64,000 bases of DNA from the NCBI GenBank assembly GCA_010093705.1, contig MU006099.1, forward strand, positions 372,001-436,000, read 5' to 3'. Each line of letters starts with the position of its first letter. Within the stretch, counting starts at the first letter, position 1. This document shows, one piece after another, positions 1 through 13,156 of this stretch. The notes beneath the pieces are model-generated. The model saw only the letters and a list, made by a program, of their open reading frames with translations. It did not search any database and was not told the DNA's origin. The DNA comes from Patellaria atrata CBS 101060 (taxonomy: Eukaryota). Made by a program: the position numbers and the translations under genes.

Positions 1-1813
1 GTGCAAGACATATTATCGTCAAACAAACTGTGTTAAAACGTATTCATTACTTGCTAAGCCTCACCTGCACCAGCGAAAAGCTAGCGAGGGGCGAAAAAGA
101 CAGATAAAGAAAGCCCCCAAACTCCAGCAATCGACGCCTCCCGATGCGTCTATTAATAGACTGGATATAGGAAAATTATTTTCCTTGGTCCCTGAAACCT
201 ACTGAGACTTAAAAGGTCGCTCGATGTCGTCGCCGTTGATTTCAGCCTTGTGAATATTATTCAGTGCGGCAGAGCGCTGCTCTATTGAGCCTAAGGGATG
301 CACCCCACAAGAGTAAAACCGTAACTCCATAGCCAAATCTGAAGCATTCGTTAGCAATCAGAACTTGCATTCGAGACCAGATACTAACTTACCTCATTAA
401 GAATACTAAATGGTGCCAACTTTCCCGTTGAGGTAAGCCTTTGCTAATAACGGCCACCCCAGGAAGAGAGTAATGCATGGGACGAACCTATTACCATCCT
501 GATTAGCTATAGTTCTTCTAAAAGAATAGAAAGAAGTAGGTGTTTACTCACATAGTTGCCGATCTGCCCAAATGATTTGCCACATCTCTGGTCCTGAAAC
601 TGTGGATAGGGGTTGTGGTCGGGTATCTCCCGTACGGATGCGGTTCCTTCAAGTACATGCGAGCGGAGCGGAAGAATGCACGAACTGGTGTTGGGGAAGG
701 CATTTTTTGTTTTGATTACAATGTAACCGGATTGAGTAGCTGATTGGGTTGTAGAGGAGAGATGTAACAGCGAGTATGTTACAAAGAGAGGAGATTGATG
801 TAGAGTATAGACTGATGGTTGAGAGGAGAGTTGCAAGTGCTGTTACAGATGTACTTATCTGAAGCTGCTGATTGGATGCTTTGAGATGCTGTGAAAAGGA
901 GTACCTACTGCAATGTGCGACTTTCGTCTTATATACAAACCGCAGCAGTTTTGATAATGGCTCCTGAATAGGGTTATGGTGAAACGAAGACATCTCCGCT
1001 ATTGATCGTCGCGAAAGGGCCCGAACATCTCAGCCCAATTATCAGGAGATGTATAGACATGACCAGCGGGAGAAATCATGGTAAAGTAGAAATTTACGAG
1101 CATGGTGTGAGATGTTGTTGAAACTCTGACGGAGCGAAAGCGTGGGAAGAGCGTGGTGTGATACAAAAAGCAGAAAAGGTCCGTGCGCACGATCGGGACC
1201 GGTCTAGCGTAAAACAGGCGGACCTCCCTAACTTTTTTCATACAAAGTATAGCATCCGCTCACTCCACCAAAAACTTCTAGAATGTCAAAAGTATGATTG
1301 CACTTCAGGTTGTCATTCAGTACTGTAGCCTGGAAGTACGTGCTATACGCGAGCAACAGATAGCACTCACTACTCCATAGTTCGAACAATCAGACTTCTT
1401 TTACAATCTACTGGACAAAGTAGCATTACTCCTTTTATCATCTCTTTAATGTCATTCCTGACTTATTTGCGACAACTGGCAAGAAGGCGTTTTCCAATGC
1501 GATGTACGATTACCGTATTATATAGTACAACTGTCAAATCCCATAGAAGTCGATTGTGGAGTACACTTTTGTAACAAATACAAAAACCCTAAAATGCCTA
1601 CAAAGGCTCAAAATAGCAACGAAACAAAAAATCCCCTTTCTTGTCTTCCCCATTGTTAAAGTTACTATTTTCATACTTGATCTTTATGTCGCTTCTAAGG
1701 TACACATCGCAATATCATGAGCTGTATAAGATATAGGACCACCCGTTCGAAGCTACCTAAGACAGATCAGAAAACTCCACCTCAAAGATTAACGATACTC
1801 CACCTCAGCAACA

Positions 1814-2200
1814 ATGCGGTCCATTATCTCAATCTCCCTTATCTCCCTCCTCAGCTTGGTATTAGCGATGCCGTCAGACCTCCAATCCAGGGTTAACAGC
1901 AAAGCGGAGTTTGGCTCAAGATGGAACGATGCAGACAAATTCTGGCTCTGCGAAAGTAGAAACTTTGACAACTGCGTCTACTATAACTTCAACGACAGCG
2001 TCTGTATGTCGCTCGGTAACAATCCTCTTAAGCGATTGTCCGTTAAGAGTCCTCCTGGACGCCGATGCTATATCTATTCCTCCACCGACTGTACACAGCA
2101 AGGAATGAACGTGGGTCTAAGGAGCCCGGATCTTAGTGCGGTTGTAATGCCAACGCCGTTGTCGCCTAGCAATATCCGCGCCTTCATGTGCTTTGTATAG
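1814..2200 (+). CDS. Small secreted cysteine-rich protein (128 aa), possibly beta/gamma-crystallin-like fold; effector candidate
   Basis: Intronless ATG ORF with a hydrophobic signal peptide (MRSIISISLISLLSLVLA) and 6 Cys spaced C-x7-C-x9-C-x20-C-x7-C...F-x-C. TATA-like TATAAG lies ~90 bp upstream. The fold is inferred from Cys spacing only. Confidence 0.75.
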   Translation: MRSIISISLISLLSLVLAMPSDLQSRVNSKAEFGSRWNDADKFWLCESRNFDNCVYYNFNDSVCMSLGNNPLKRLSVKSPPGRRCYIYSSTDCTQQGMNVGLRSPDLSAVVMPTPLSPSNIRAFMCFV

Positions 2201-5200
2201 TGGACTTTTCTATGTCAAAATACTTGAAGGAGTCATTTCTATCCTGATAGATGTATAACACCACCCAGCAAGTTACCTTAATTTTTTTAATCAATTTTGA
2301 ACCATTACAATCTCTTGCCTACTGAAAGTAAAATATGAAGGTACGCGTCTTCTTAGTCCTCGCGTGATTCAGAACTGTGCTGGTTTGTCACCATTTATCC
2401 TAAGACCTCTCAAACGTACACGTTGATTAACGGCTCGGACCGATCAAACCGATATTTATTTCTAGCATAATGCTGGATATTATTTCCTAGTGTATATACG
2501 GCACATTCTCATAGTAACCAAGAATGCCCCCGCACAACCCAAATGATAGACAAGTAGACCGATAATATCCCTTTGTTACCTAGCTCGCTATTATTAGATA
2601 TCCTGCCGGTCATACTTTCTTTGTCCTCACATTCGTTTCTACCTTGGCTGTTCATTATTGAGTTCTACTCTGTTGGAACTGAACTCCTGTACTCCGTATA
2701 AAGATCTCTTCTTCAATTCAATCCCCAACTCCCAATTCCCCCGGCGTTGTTCTTTCCTCGGATAAACCGTATTCAAATATATCATTTCCAATCTGTTGGG
2801 TCCAGGATGGTGAGCTCTTTACTCATCATCCGGAATTCCTTCAAGGGATTAGGAAGAGAACACTTGATGGTAGAGCGAGAGCAATGATGGTAACCACCAT
2901 ACCTCTCCAATGATGAGAGATAGCAGCCGCAACTAGCAATGAAGTTCGTCGAGGCGCCGGAATTTTATCTCAACGCCCTACCGGAATTCTATCTTAACGC
3001 CCTGCTGGGATCCCTCTCCACCAATATCCCAACATTTCCCTCTTTCTAAAGCTCCAATTGACTGGACATCTGTTTCATAACGCTAGGTCCTCTCGCTCGA
3101 AGTCTTGGAGCGAAATTTGTTATCCAGCAACCGGTTGATCTCGTCGCATGGAGAAGGGAGAGTGAGGGCGATAGGGAGAAGATTATTTGTATTCCTAGGG
3201 ATAGGTGTCACGGATGTTTCCCGCTGTGCTATGGCTGGCTGAGCCGTTAGTGTGACGTAATAACTCACTGTTGTCTTATGACATGGAAATGAGTCTTGGG
3301 CCTATGACGTCTCCGGAAGTCGGTTCTTGAGGGGTATATCTGCCCGCTATTGCTGCTGCTATCAGTTTGAACCAGTCTTCAGAGCAGGAGGTCTAGCTGG
3401 ACTGGATCCGAAAGCTAGAGAATAAGAATTGGTGGGAAGTCTGTGGGTACCGCTACAACGGGTAAGCGATCTAAAGTCAAGGTAGTTAGGTGGTGTTAGG
3501 CTGATGGTGGCGAGTATCATCACATCCTTCTCATCATAAACATATCAAAACCTCAGCATATTTCTTGCCGAAAATCCTCATCAATGTTTTTGGGATAGTT
3601 CTCCCTTTACGGCCTCGCTAATCTCCCATTTCCCAAAATACATCTTGTACCAGTTTTCGAAAATCCCCCAGAAGAGCATGCATAGAGTACTCATCTCTTT
3701 TTGAGCGAATGAGTCATGACTAATAAACGCTTTTCATACCGATCTTGATCATGCTATGGTGAAAGAAGTTGGGGGGAGGCAGAGAGATTCTTATACCCCT
3801 GAGAATAGGGGTCACGGGGAACCTTCTGCAGGGGGTTCTGAATCTTGGTATGCATGTGATTACTGTGCTGTTCTCGTGTTTATCTCGATTCCATTGTACA
3901 GTACTGTGATTATTTGTGGGCTAGGGTATAAATACTTCTCCCCGACGTCAAATCCTCCACTTCCCTACAAGCAGTTCTTCAGAAGAACTTCTGCTATGTA
4001 CAGCAAAAAAGATGTTGAGCAACTTTGAATTGGGTGCTGCTCACAACATATAACGACAAACATTATGTCCTCGTGGTGGCTTTGAGGAAGTTCTTTGTAT
4101 GGAGGGGGAAGTCAAAGACTTAAACTCATTCTAGCAGCTGGCGGTGATGGTGATAATCGCTGACATCTCTTGATAAGTAGCATCACCACAACCTATCTTA
4201 GGGAGGTGCTTCATGAATAAGATATCGAAAGTTTACTGTTACTGAGTTTCTCTGTCTCGCCTCTCACCTTACCAATGTCTCGTATGTATCCCACTCTTTC
4301 TGCTTTCGATAAGCGCAAACGAAGCAATATCTTTCTCCGCAAAGTATCATTCATCACCACAATCGGAGGCTAGCTTTTCAGTATGAAAATCTGCTCACTG
4401 CAGACCTGGTTGTAGAGTGAGGATGATATATATATACTAGAAGATTGAGTAAGAGGGGTTCCTGATGTCAGCTGCTCTCTCCTGCGTGACATAGGGTCTA
4501 AAGCGGTCAGATCTATGCTCGAGTCTTCGAGAGGTCTGGATATAAACCCTCCCATCTATGGTCCGTTCTCAGAATCGTTTCTGTCTCTGACAGTGCAACA
4601 TTTGGGAAGCCAACTATCTGGTAATGCAGAATTGACCAATCATTGCGTTGGGCAGTTCTGGCCGTCAAGAATTGTGGATCAAGTTAAGATATAGGGAGAT
4701 CGCCACGGAGGAAGAAAATTGACTAATTTAACCTTAAATGATGCTGATTATTACTGAGCATCTGGTTTGATTAGTATAATCGCAGTAATGTATATATCTC
4801 TCGAACCTTTGCGGGTCCGCAGTCAAACGAGGGAATACGCCACGTCCAACAGAACACCAACCCCATTCCACAGATGTCATTTTACGTGACAGAATCAAAT
4901 TGTTGGCAGGAGCTATAGGCCTTGTGTGAACTCTTTTGAGCTCCTATGTGTCGAAGACAAGAAATTAATGAGGAGAGAAGACTTTCTTATATAGCACTCT
5001 CGTTAGCATAAGGCGGTAGTGAGTCAAGATGTTGGAGTTCATGATACTGACGAATGACACTGACATGACGAGAAATATTCTATGAGTTAATACTCACTTG
5101 TTTAATGTAAGACCGTTACCCGTTAGCACGAGACCGGCTTCCGTGAGTATAGGTCTATAAATCCTTCTCTTACCATCATCTTTTTTGATACTCAACATGA

Positions 5201-8200
5201 GGGAAAAGAATGCTTCTAAACTTACTAGATCGCCACGAACAAGGTATTATTTCGTGTGCCAGGACATAAAGACAGCAGACAATGAGATATTGTTTTGCTT
5301 GTTCTCTTCCTTGTGGGACTTCCCTTCAATTCTTGTCCCCGTTGAACACAAAATTTGAAGCTCAAAAGGTCACACGAGATGCACAGGCATCATTACAAAC
5401 CCATAACCATTGACATCAGAACCCTCTAATGAGATCCACCATCATAGATACAGCCAATACTCTTAACTTGATGGCGGGTTTCTTAACTTCGGCAATCTCG
5501 AATCGGAACACAAAGAAAGAACCCCACCCAATAATCTATGAGGTGCCACGCGTTCCCGGACTTTCAGCCTCGACAATCTCTCTCTGCTTCTCCGCTTCCC
5601 CAAGTTCTTGGATTGCGAACTGAAGAGGGAAGCATAAGGAAAGATGGGGCTGAAGATATAGAGAGGAATGCTTCGTCACTAGGGTCACTTGATTCTGAAA
5701 GAGACTGTGTTCGTCATGGAAAGGCTGTAGGGGTAGACCGTATGACATGAGTGTAGAAGCAGCCGTAATGGGGTACATGCGATCTCACCGCCCTCCAGGA
5801 TTCTCATAGCATATATTGAGATACAAATGAGAACAGTAGGGAAGTGGATCTGGCCATCTGCCTTCTTGAACTAAGAACTAGATGTATCATTTTCCTTTCT
5901 GGAATTGTTAGACTGTGGGTCTGCAAAAGAAAGCTTAACGGAAGCGAAGATAACCATGTTGGGGGAGAGGGTTTATTATTTGGACTTAATGAAAGAAATG
6001 CGGCCGATGTGCGCACCAGCATCATGGATTACGGATTACAGGTGATGCTTCATATCAAACCCAGAAGAAGCGTATCATCGTTAATGCCCATGGTTTCCCA
6101 ATTACAATAGCGGACTTTCTCCAGTCCTTTGACAGCTCTTTGCATTGTATGATAAAGCTTGGACAAGGAAAGAGCCACGAATATAGACAGATATGGTTCT
6201 GGATGGTGGAGCCCAATTTCCATTTGCGCCATTTATTCATTCCTTGGACTGTGATTTGATGAAGAGAGTGGGGAGAAGAAGGAACAGAGAGCCTAGATAT
6301 GGAAAAGAATTCTCAGTCAATTGCCCCTGTGGAAGCCCCGCCACCTTAGACACGGGTCACGTGGGCGTAGCAGGGTACCCACGTGGCACCGACTTCCGAA
6401 AAAGGCAATCTCGCGTGGCAAATATCGTCTAACGTCTACGAGAAAAATAATAAAGAACAATGCTCCATTTTTGAGTATATAAAAAATAATGATTTTCGAC
6501 TTCGAAACACTCCTCCGGCTACTGTGTTAGGCAATGATGCTACTCTAGCTTATATCAATGCTAATCCCGCCTTTCTACAAGTGATTTTACAGTCTGTGTG
6601 AAAGAGTCACTCCAACTACCGCTTTGGGAATGATGTTTACCATTTCCGTGATATTGTAAATACGCGCGTGCAAAGAGGGTTAGCAGGAGCGAGTCATAGG
6701 AGATGTCACAAGGGATAATAGATAGGCAGCCGTACAGTACACAGAGGTGATGAGCGGGCATGAGATGGTGGATGAGGTCACGCAACTGCATCTGTAGCTC
6801 ATGACCGCGGTGCTTTAAAATTTAAAAGACACCTCCGTCTTAAAACAAACTCACAAAAAAATCCATTCAAGTTCGCTAAAATAGAGAGAGAAAAGTCTCA
6901 TTTGGTTTCTGTTGATTTTGAGTGAATTAATTGTGCTTTTGTCAATTTCAATCATCCTTCCCACACCCAACTCTTTCCCCGGCACAGAAGGAAGTCATAG
7001 TTGGTCCAGTTTTCCTCAGCCATCCGAGTGATAAAAATCACCACTGTTCCTTTAAGCTGCTGATAATTACCAGTGATCCATTCACTATCATCGACACCAG
7101 AAAATGAATTCTATCACAATACCCCTATTCTTCTCATTCCTTCTTAACCCCTATCTCCTTACCAAGTCTAGTATCCCAAGCTCCCTCCAAGCGCAATTCG
7201 AGGACTGTGTAGTTAAGAGTACGAATCGTACTTGTAATTGTATTGCGCCAGCCACGCAATATCTCTATTAGGTACACCTCAGAACAATTGTCTGTTGGGT
7301 AGTGGGTACGCCCCCGAATCAGTGAGGCCCAACGCGGTACCCATCATTATCTAGGAACGGAGGAGACAATGTGTCTCTGTGTCCTTATAGAACGTCCTAA
7401 AACCTAATCGCTCACTGGTCCCCCCTTTCCGCTGTTGCGGCTGGAACACTTTGCGATAGAATTAAGGAATAAAGGAACTTGAGCGCGAGGAGGGCTCAAA
7501 TAGAAGAGAAAGAGGTCCAGAAAGCTAGACTAAAGAATTGGTGATACGTGTGAGTAGTAAGAATGACTGAGCTATCAGCAGACAGAACAAGGTAAGGGGC
7601 TGCTATCGGACTTATGATCTCAGAGGGGGAGGTATATAAGAACCACTTCTTTTCAAGAATTGCTGCGTATATCCTATCAGCTCGGGAGTTTTGGTTACTC
7701 GAAAGCTTGCATTGTTTGCGGGTGAACATTGTGCATGTAACCTACACGATTCTTGATTTCGTACACAAGAATCATCAAAATGAACGCAATTTCCGCTCCT
7801 GGAGCAAGGCACAGCAGTAACTTGCCCATCCGTAATTACTAGCTATGAAATAACGACAGCCTTCATCATAACTTCGAATTGCTGACAAGTACTAGCAAAT
7901 CGATATCTCTCATTATTCTCAGAAGATGAATATCATCACCATTACTACCGTCCTACCTGTCCGTATTACATCCAGACTCTTCTAGACTTCCCTCCGTCGC
8001 TGAGAATACCTCCCAAAAGTCTTCCAGAAACCAATCGGTCCCATTTCCACCACTTGCTGGAACAAAGCAGACAATATCGATTGCATGATTAAAGCTGCCG
8101 GGACACAATTGAAACCGGAGCCTTAGTTTGACTGCCCGAACCTTCATTTGTGGATATAGAAAAAGGAAGAGCAAGAAAGGAACTAAATACTTCGGAAATA

Positions 8201-11200
8201 ACGTCATACCGCTACTCTGATGTTTAGTGATGCACCTCCAACTTGAGTCGTGTGAGCTTTTGTCAAGATGATTAGGTGATCAACAGGCCGTGAAGGAGGT
8301 TAGGAGCCCAGAAACGGACCCCTGGTTTTGGGGAAGGTATATAAAACACACTTTTTCCCCACAGCAGTCTTTAGGTCCTGCTAACTGCAATTCGGATAGT
8401 CCGAAACGCTGGGTGAGACTTTAGAAAGTATCTTGACATCGTCTTCGGGGTGCGGCAAACATCAGGAAGCACAATGATTCGCGGTTTCCTTTACCAACTT
8501 AAACAATATTTCCACCTCTGCCCCTCTATCTCAAATAACTGTAAAAGTACTTATCGCCGCACCTCAAAGGTGCAAATGAACATCATCACTAGAGGGCGCC
8601 CTTCAACACCCCTTATTCTTCCCCACCCCCCTTAACCTTCCTCCCACTCTCTTAGAGATACTGAAAATACACTCCCCAGGATTCCACCAGGTATATTGAA
8701 ATAGCCTCTGATACGAATCGTACAGAAGCAGCCAGAGTGGAGAGGACAATAACAGGGTTTCCGTGCTCAACCCCAATCGTGCGTACCATCCGTTTCTTCA
8801 GCCTCTTCTACAGCCCTACGGACTGGATCGATCTTTTTGAGTTCGTGAAACAAGAAGCAGGAAAGAGTTTAAATACCTATTAGAGAGAGCCAGACCGCTA
8901 CTTTGACGTACTGGTGCTGCACGTTACGTCGTGTGAGCTGCGTAGTTGTGAGTCCATGATCGGTGACGGAGGTGATGTCCGGGCTGTGTATTGGACATTT
9001 GGACTCATGATCACTGGGGGGAGATATAGGGACTCCCTTTCCAGAGTGTCCGATTACTTCTCCTCAACTGGAATTGAATTGTCTGCAACTCGCAGCAAGT
9101 TCAAGAGAATTCGCAACTATGGAAAGGCACGAACCGATTGGCTTTGGATGATGGTAGAACCCCATTTGTGAGGTTTCCCGAGCCTACATCAATTCGAAAT
9201 TTGCGGTCCGGACGCATTACGAAACTCGAGATATTCTTTGTTCCTAGACAATTTATTCTTTAGCTCAATGTTGCTCCTATCTCGTACCTCCCATCTCCTA
9301 TCTCCTACTGCGTCTACATCTACCCAAGCTAATACTGACCATTACATCTTAACCCTCCTGGCAAGTATTATCAACCCTCCTCCAACTATGCACTCCACCA
9401 TCACCTCCTCCAATCCTTTCTCTCCTTCCCCAGCCCCTCTCACCAACTTCCGATCTCCAATTTCGAACCCATATCCCCTCCCACCACCCAAAATGTCTAG
9501 AAACGTGTAACATAGCCCGTCAATCGCAACAAGTCCCAATGACCGCAGCCGGCCCTGGAATAGATCGTTCCACGAGTAGTAGCGAGACACCGAATAGCCT
9601 GAATCAAGACGAATATGAGACATTTCTAAATGCATATCTCCCCGAAGCCAATGCATCGCTGGATTAACTTTCCTCTGCGACTAACCCGCTTCTCCATAAG
9701 TACTGAATATAACGGAAGAGGAGAGAGGTAAAATTTATATAGGGAAAGAGGAGCTAGATGATCTCTGACGTGTTACTGTGTCATTGCTGCATATCGGGTC
9801 TTATGAATCTTTGGGAGGTTGACGCAGTGTGTGATAGACGGACGGAATTGTGATCATGGACTCCGGGGGTTCGGGAGATAAAGCCCCTTCTTCTCTACCG
9901 ATACTCTTCCTTCTTGAACTCAATAACCGAAGTCAGCTTATCGGCGACCATGGGCAGCAACGCAATAAAACTTAGCCATTCTCCACGGAGATGGAAGGTG
10001 AAGCTTGCAAATGGAGATGTCACGGATTCGTGCCGTGCGATTCGGAACCGGAGTAAAGTTTACCATTCTCTGGACTCAGGATACCAGGTAGCCATAACCA
10101 GTCTCACATTTCCGTGTCGTTTGGGATAATGATATTGACTGAACTGCTGTCTGTTCACGATACTAGTGAGCTGAGCTCCACGATTAATGCTGGATGGAAG
10201 ACTTCATCGCCACATCACTTCACCTCCTCCCTCAACCGTCTCCAATTTCTCCAACATGGTTTCCTTTGAATAGAGATAGTACTGTACCTCCCGTCCACTC
10301 CGTCTCCCAACATGTAGAGTTCTGCAACTCCAGTCCCCTCGTCCGAAATGTCTCATTCCGGATCGTTGTCACAATTGCTTTGGATTCGTTCAGGCCAGAG
10401 GCCCAAATGTTCCCTTTTCTTTTGCTTTTAAACGGAGGGCACGGTTGGACCAGGTATCGATGATCAAGTTCCCGAAACCAATACGTTTTCAGTCCTTCTT
10501 GCTATGCTTCCGCGACTCAACCGCTCTTTCCTACAGTTTGCAAAAACAACAACGAGGAAGTGTTTAGATAGACATGAAAAGAGCTAGATATCTTCTCTGA
10601 CGTGGCTGGATGCAGATTTCAGTCGCGTGAACTGTGTATTGCATAGAGATCTAACCTGAGATCCTCTCATTATGACAGCGGCACAGGCGTTTTCATCCCG
10701 TTCTACAGACTAGAGAGCTTGGCCGCTAGATAGGTAGGATTATATATCTCCCCTCTTCTCCGGACTGTTCCTCTTTCTTTATTAACGACAAGATCGAGCG
10801 AGGGATGAGAAGATCAGAGCGGAAAAGCGCGCATTGTGGTTTGGGGCGATTCATACGTAGAAAAGGTGACATTTGTTTCTCCCTCCCCCTCCTGCTCCTC
10901 CATACTGCGGGTTTCGGGGTAACTCAGGATCTGTGGTCCTCTAACTGAACAGCTCTGGCTGATCCTTGTGTTCGTGATGGGTTTCGTCGTCGTTTGGCGT
11001 TGATGTGCATCGCCGCTATCGTGGATGGTGGTCGCCACCTCGTTACCCAAGTCTTCAGCAACCTGTTAGGCTTAGGCCCAGTGTCTCCTGGTGCTTAGGT
11101 TAGGTTGGATGGTCCAGTGCTCCGCGAATAAGCTAGAGCTATTGTTGGTGACGGACGAGCGAAATAGCTCGATTTCAAAAGGTCTGATCCAGATATTGCA

Positions 11201-11425
11201 GTCTCCATCCATAGAGGTAGAGTTGCTGAAGGGAATCCCTTGGACATCCCAATCTTAGGGGTTTAAAGAAAGAGAGAGAGGGAAGAGGGCGCTATTTATG
11301 CCATGAGAGCTAAGGCCATTGACGCACCTAATCACATAGAGCCGCACATGAACAACCATAAGTCTTGCTCATATTCACATGACCCTATTCATCGACTTGA
11401 TGATGGTATACTACCATCTCATTAG

Positions 11426-13156
11426 TCATCGCTTTCTCTGCCCTAAGACCTTCGTCCTCATCCACTCGCTCGTCCCCTCCGCCAAATTCAGCCCATTCCT
11501 CGCCCACCACCTCCTCACCTCCTCACCCCTCCGTCCCTCAATGCCATCTTCTAGTGCTTCTTCGACATCGCACGTCTTATATTGGACGCGAAGTCCGCTC
11601 CACTTCCACCACTCAAGCACAGCTACATGACCCATCTTCGTAGCGCCGACTAAGACCTGGTTATCGAAAAGCATTTTATCGCCACGATGTTGATGCCAGA
11701 ATTCCAGTAGATGTACGTGCCCGTTATTACTCGCTTGTCGGGCCACTAAGTCCTCATGTGCTAGCGGAATACCGCTTGATGCCCACCAGGCCAGAGTAGG
11801 AAGGGAGCCAGATTGTGCGGCGTAGGCCAGTGATTTTCCAGGCTTGAGACTGAGAGAGAACGAATTTCGGCTATCATCGGCATCTTGCTGGCTATCGGTG
11901 GTACTGGCACGTTTCCACCACTCCAGCACATCGATGTGGCCTTTGATACTTGCTTGTTCTAAAGCAGCGTCGGTATATTTTAGAGGTAGGCCGGAATGCC
12001 GCCACCATTCAAGGACGTGGACGAAACCAGCTCTGCTGGCACCGTCGAGGGCTTCGACGGTGTATTCTTTGGATAGGAAAGCGGCGGAGGTGCGCCAGTA
12101 TTCTAGGATTTCTACACGGCCAAAGACGGAAGAGGCTTTGTCAGGAAGAAAAGCGTGGCCGAAGGTGGACCAGAATAGATCTTTGTGGGAGGTCTCAAGA
12201 TACGAGAGGAGGGGAGTCAGGCCGAATCGCATGATGAGACGGATGCAAAGTTTTGATATCCATCTTGGAGAAGATTCGGATTTGAAGAGGGCATCAACAT
12301 CTTTGACAGTACCTGTAAGGACTATCCATTCTAGCTTGCTCATGAGAGATTGAGGTCCTTCAGCGCTGCTAGTTTGTTGCCATTCAGGGGGAACAGGTAA
12401 AGTGGTATATATATCTAGAGCTTTTGCTAGTTCCCAGTCTCCTGTGAAATCGAATATGATCGACCATAGCTCAGGAGGTAATAGACTGCGATTGTGACTC
12501 GATTGGGAGAAGTTTGGCTTCAGTGCAGGAGAGACTGCAACATGCATGTCATGACCGATTGTTTTTAGATCAACCTGGGTCTGGATAATTTCCATAACCT
12601 CTTCCATACCTTCCCACGATTCGGATCTCTTTCCGTCTTTCTCAAACGACCACAGCATTGGTTGCACCACACGAACCCAATTCCATTTTCTCAGTTTACT
12701 CAATTGCTTTTTCGTCATGGGGTTCTCCCACATCGATGTTGACATGCCCGGAACCAACAATATTTTCTTTGTGACATTCCAGCTCCTGATGATTTCCAAG
12801 ACCAAATTATCTGTCATTCCATGCAGCATCTTCGCCAGATTATCCGCATCTATTGGAGCGAGGATCAGAAAATCGGCCCATTCGACGAGTGCGGCAGCTC
12901 GCCGTTGCATTCGTTGGAGTGATAGTCGAGGATCGCATTGTCTTAGATGTAGATAGTGAGATTCCGCATTCTTCCCTTTTGTGGTAACCTCGACCACTCC
13001 ATCTTCGGTTGACGTGAAGACGACCTGGATCAAAACATTTGGTAGGAGCTGCAATCGTGTCAATGCCTGATCTCGTAATTTGATATCAGCAGCACCAGTG
13101 GATGCAAATACGATATGCAAAGGCTTCGAATTTTCTGGCAATGTGAGTCTCTCCAT
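11426..13156 (-). CDS. Flavoprotein (HFCD/PPCDC-Hal3-like) domain + F-box-like motif + ankyrin-like repeats, 576 aa
   Basis: Single long ORF; the first ATG is at 13156 (the track's 13186 start is TTG). N-terminal motifs HIVFASTGA, EWADFLILAPIDADNLAKMLHGMTDNL and PGMSTSMWENP resemble the HFCD flavoprotein fold. LLPPELWSIIFDF is F-box-like. Repeated units (ALDGASRAGFVHVLEWW, ALEQASIKGHIDVLEWW, ASNNGHVHLLEFW, ATKMGHVAVLEWW) are ankyrin-like. Confidence 0.85.
   Translation of the reverse strand: MERLTLPENSKPLHIVFASTGAADIKLRDQALTRLQLLPNVLIQVVFTSTEDGVVEVTTKGKNAESHYLHLRQCDPRLSLQRMQRRAAALVEWADFLILAPIDADNLAKMLHGMTDNLVLEIIRSWNVTKKILLVPGMSTSMWENPMTKKQLSKLRKWNWVRVVQPMLWSFEKDGKRSESWEGMEEVMEIIQTQVDLKTIGHDMHVAVSPALKPNFSQSSHNRSLLPPELWSIIFDFTGDWELAKALDIYTTLPVPPEWQQTSSAEGPQSLMSKLEWIVLTGTVKDVDALFKSESSPRWISKLCIRLIMRFGLTPLLSYLETSHKDLFWSTFGHAFLPDKASSVFGRVEILEYWRTSAAFLSKEYTVEALDGASRAGFVHVLEWWRHSGLPLKYTDAALEQASIKGHIDVLEWWKRASTTDSQQDADDSRNSFSLSLKPGKSLAYAAQSGSLPTLAWWASSGIPLAHEDLVARQASNNGHVHLLEFWHQHRGDKMLFDNQVLVGATKMGHVAVLEWWKWSGLRVQYKTCDVEEALEDGIEGRRGEEVRRWWARNGLNLAEGTSEWMRTKVLGQRKR

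Noticed and set aside
846..854. Additional CAGATGTAC match to the RNA motif
   Set aside because: It lacks the UUCG hairpin, the GGAACTG partner strand and the T run.
507..1241. Minus-strand ORFs near the window start
   Set aside because: No coherent spliced model or recognisable motif; an in-frame stop interrupts the best candidate.
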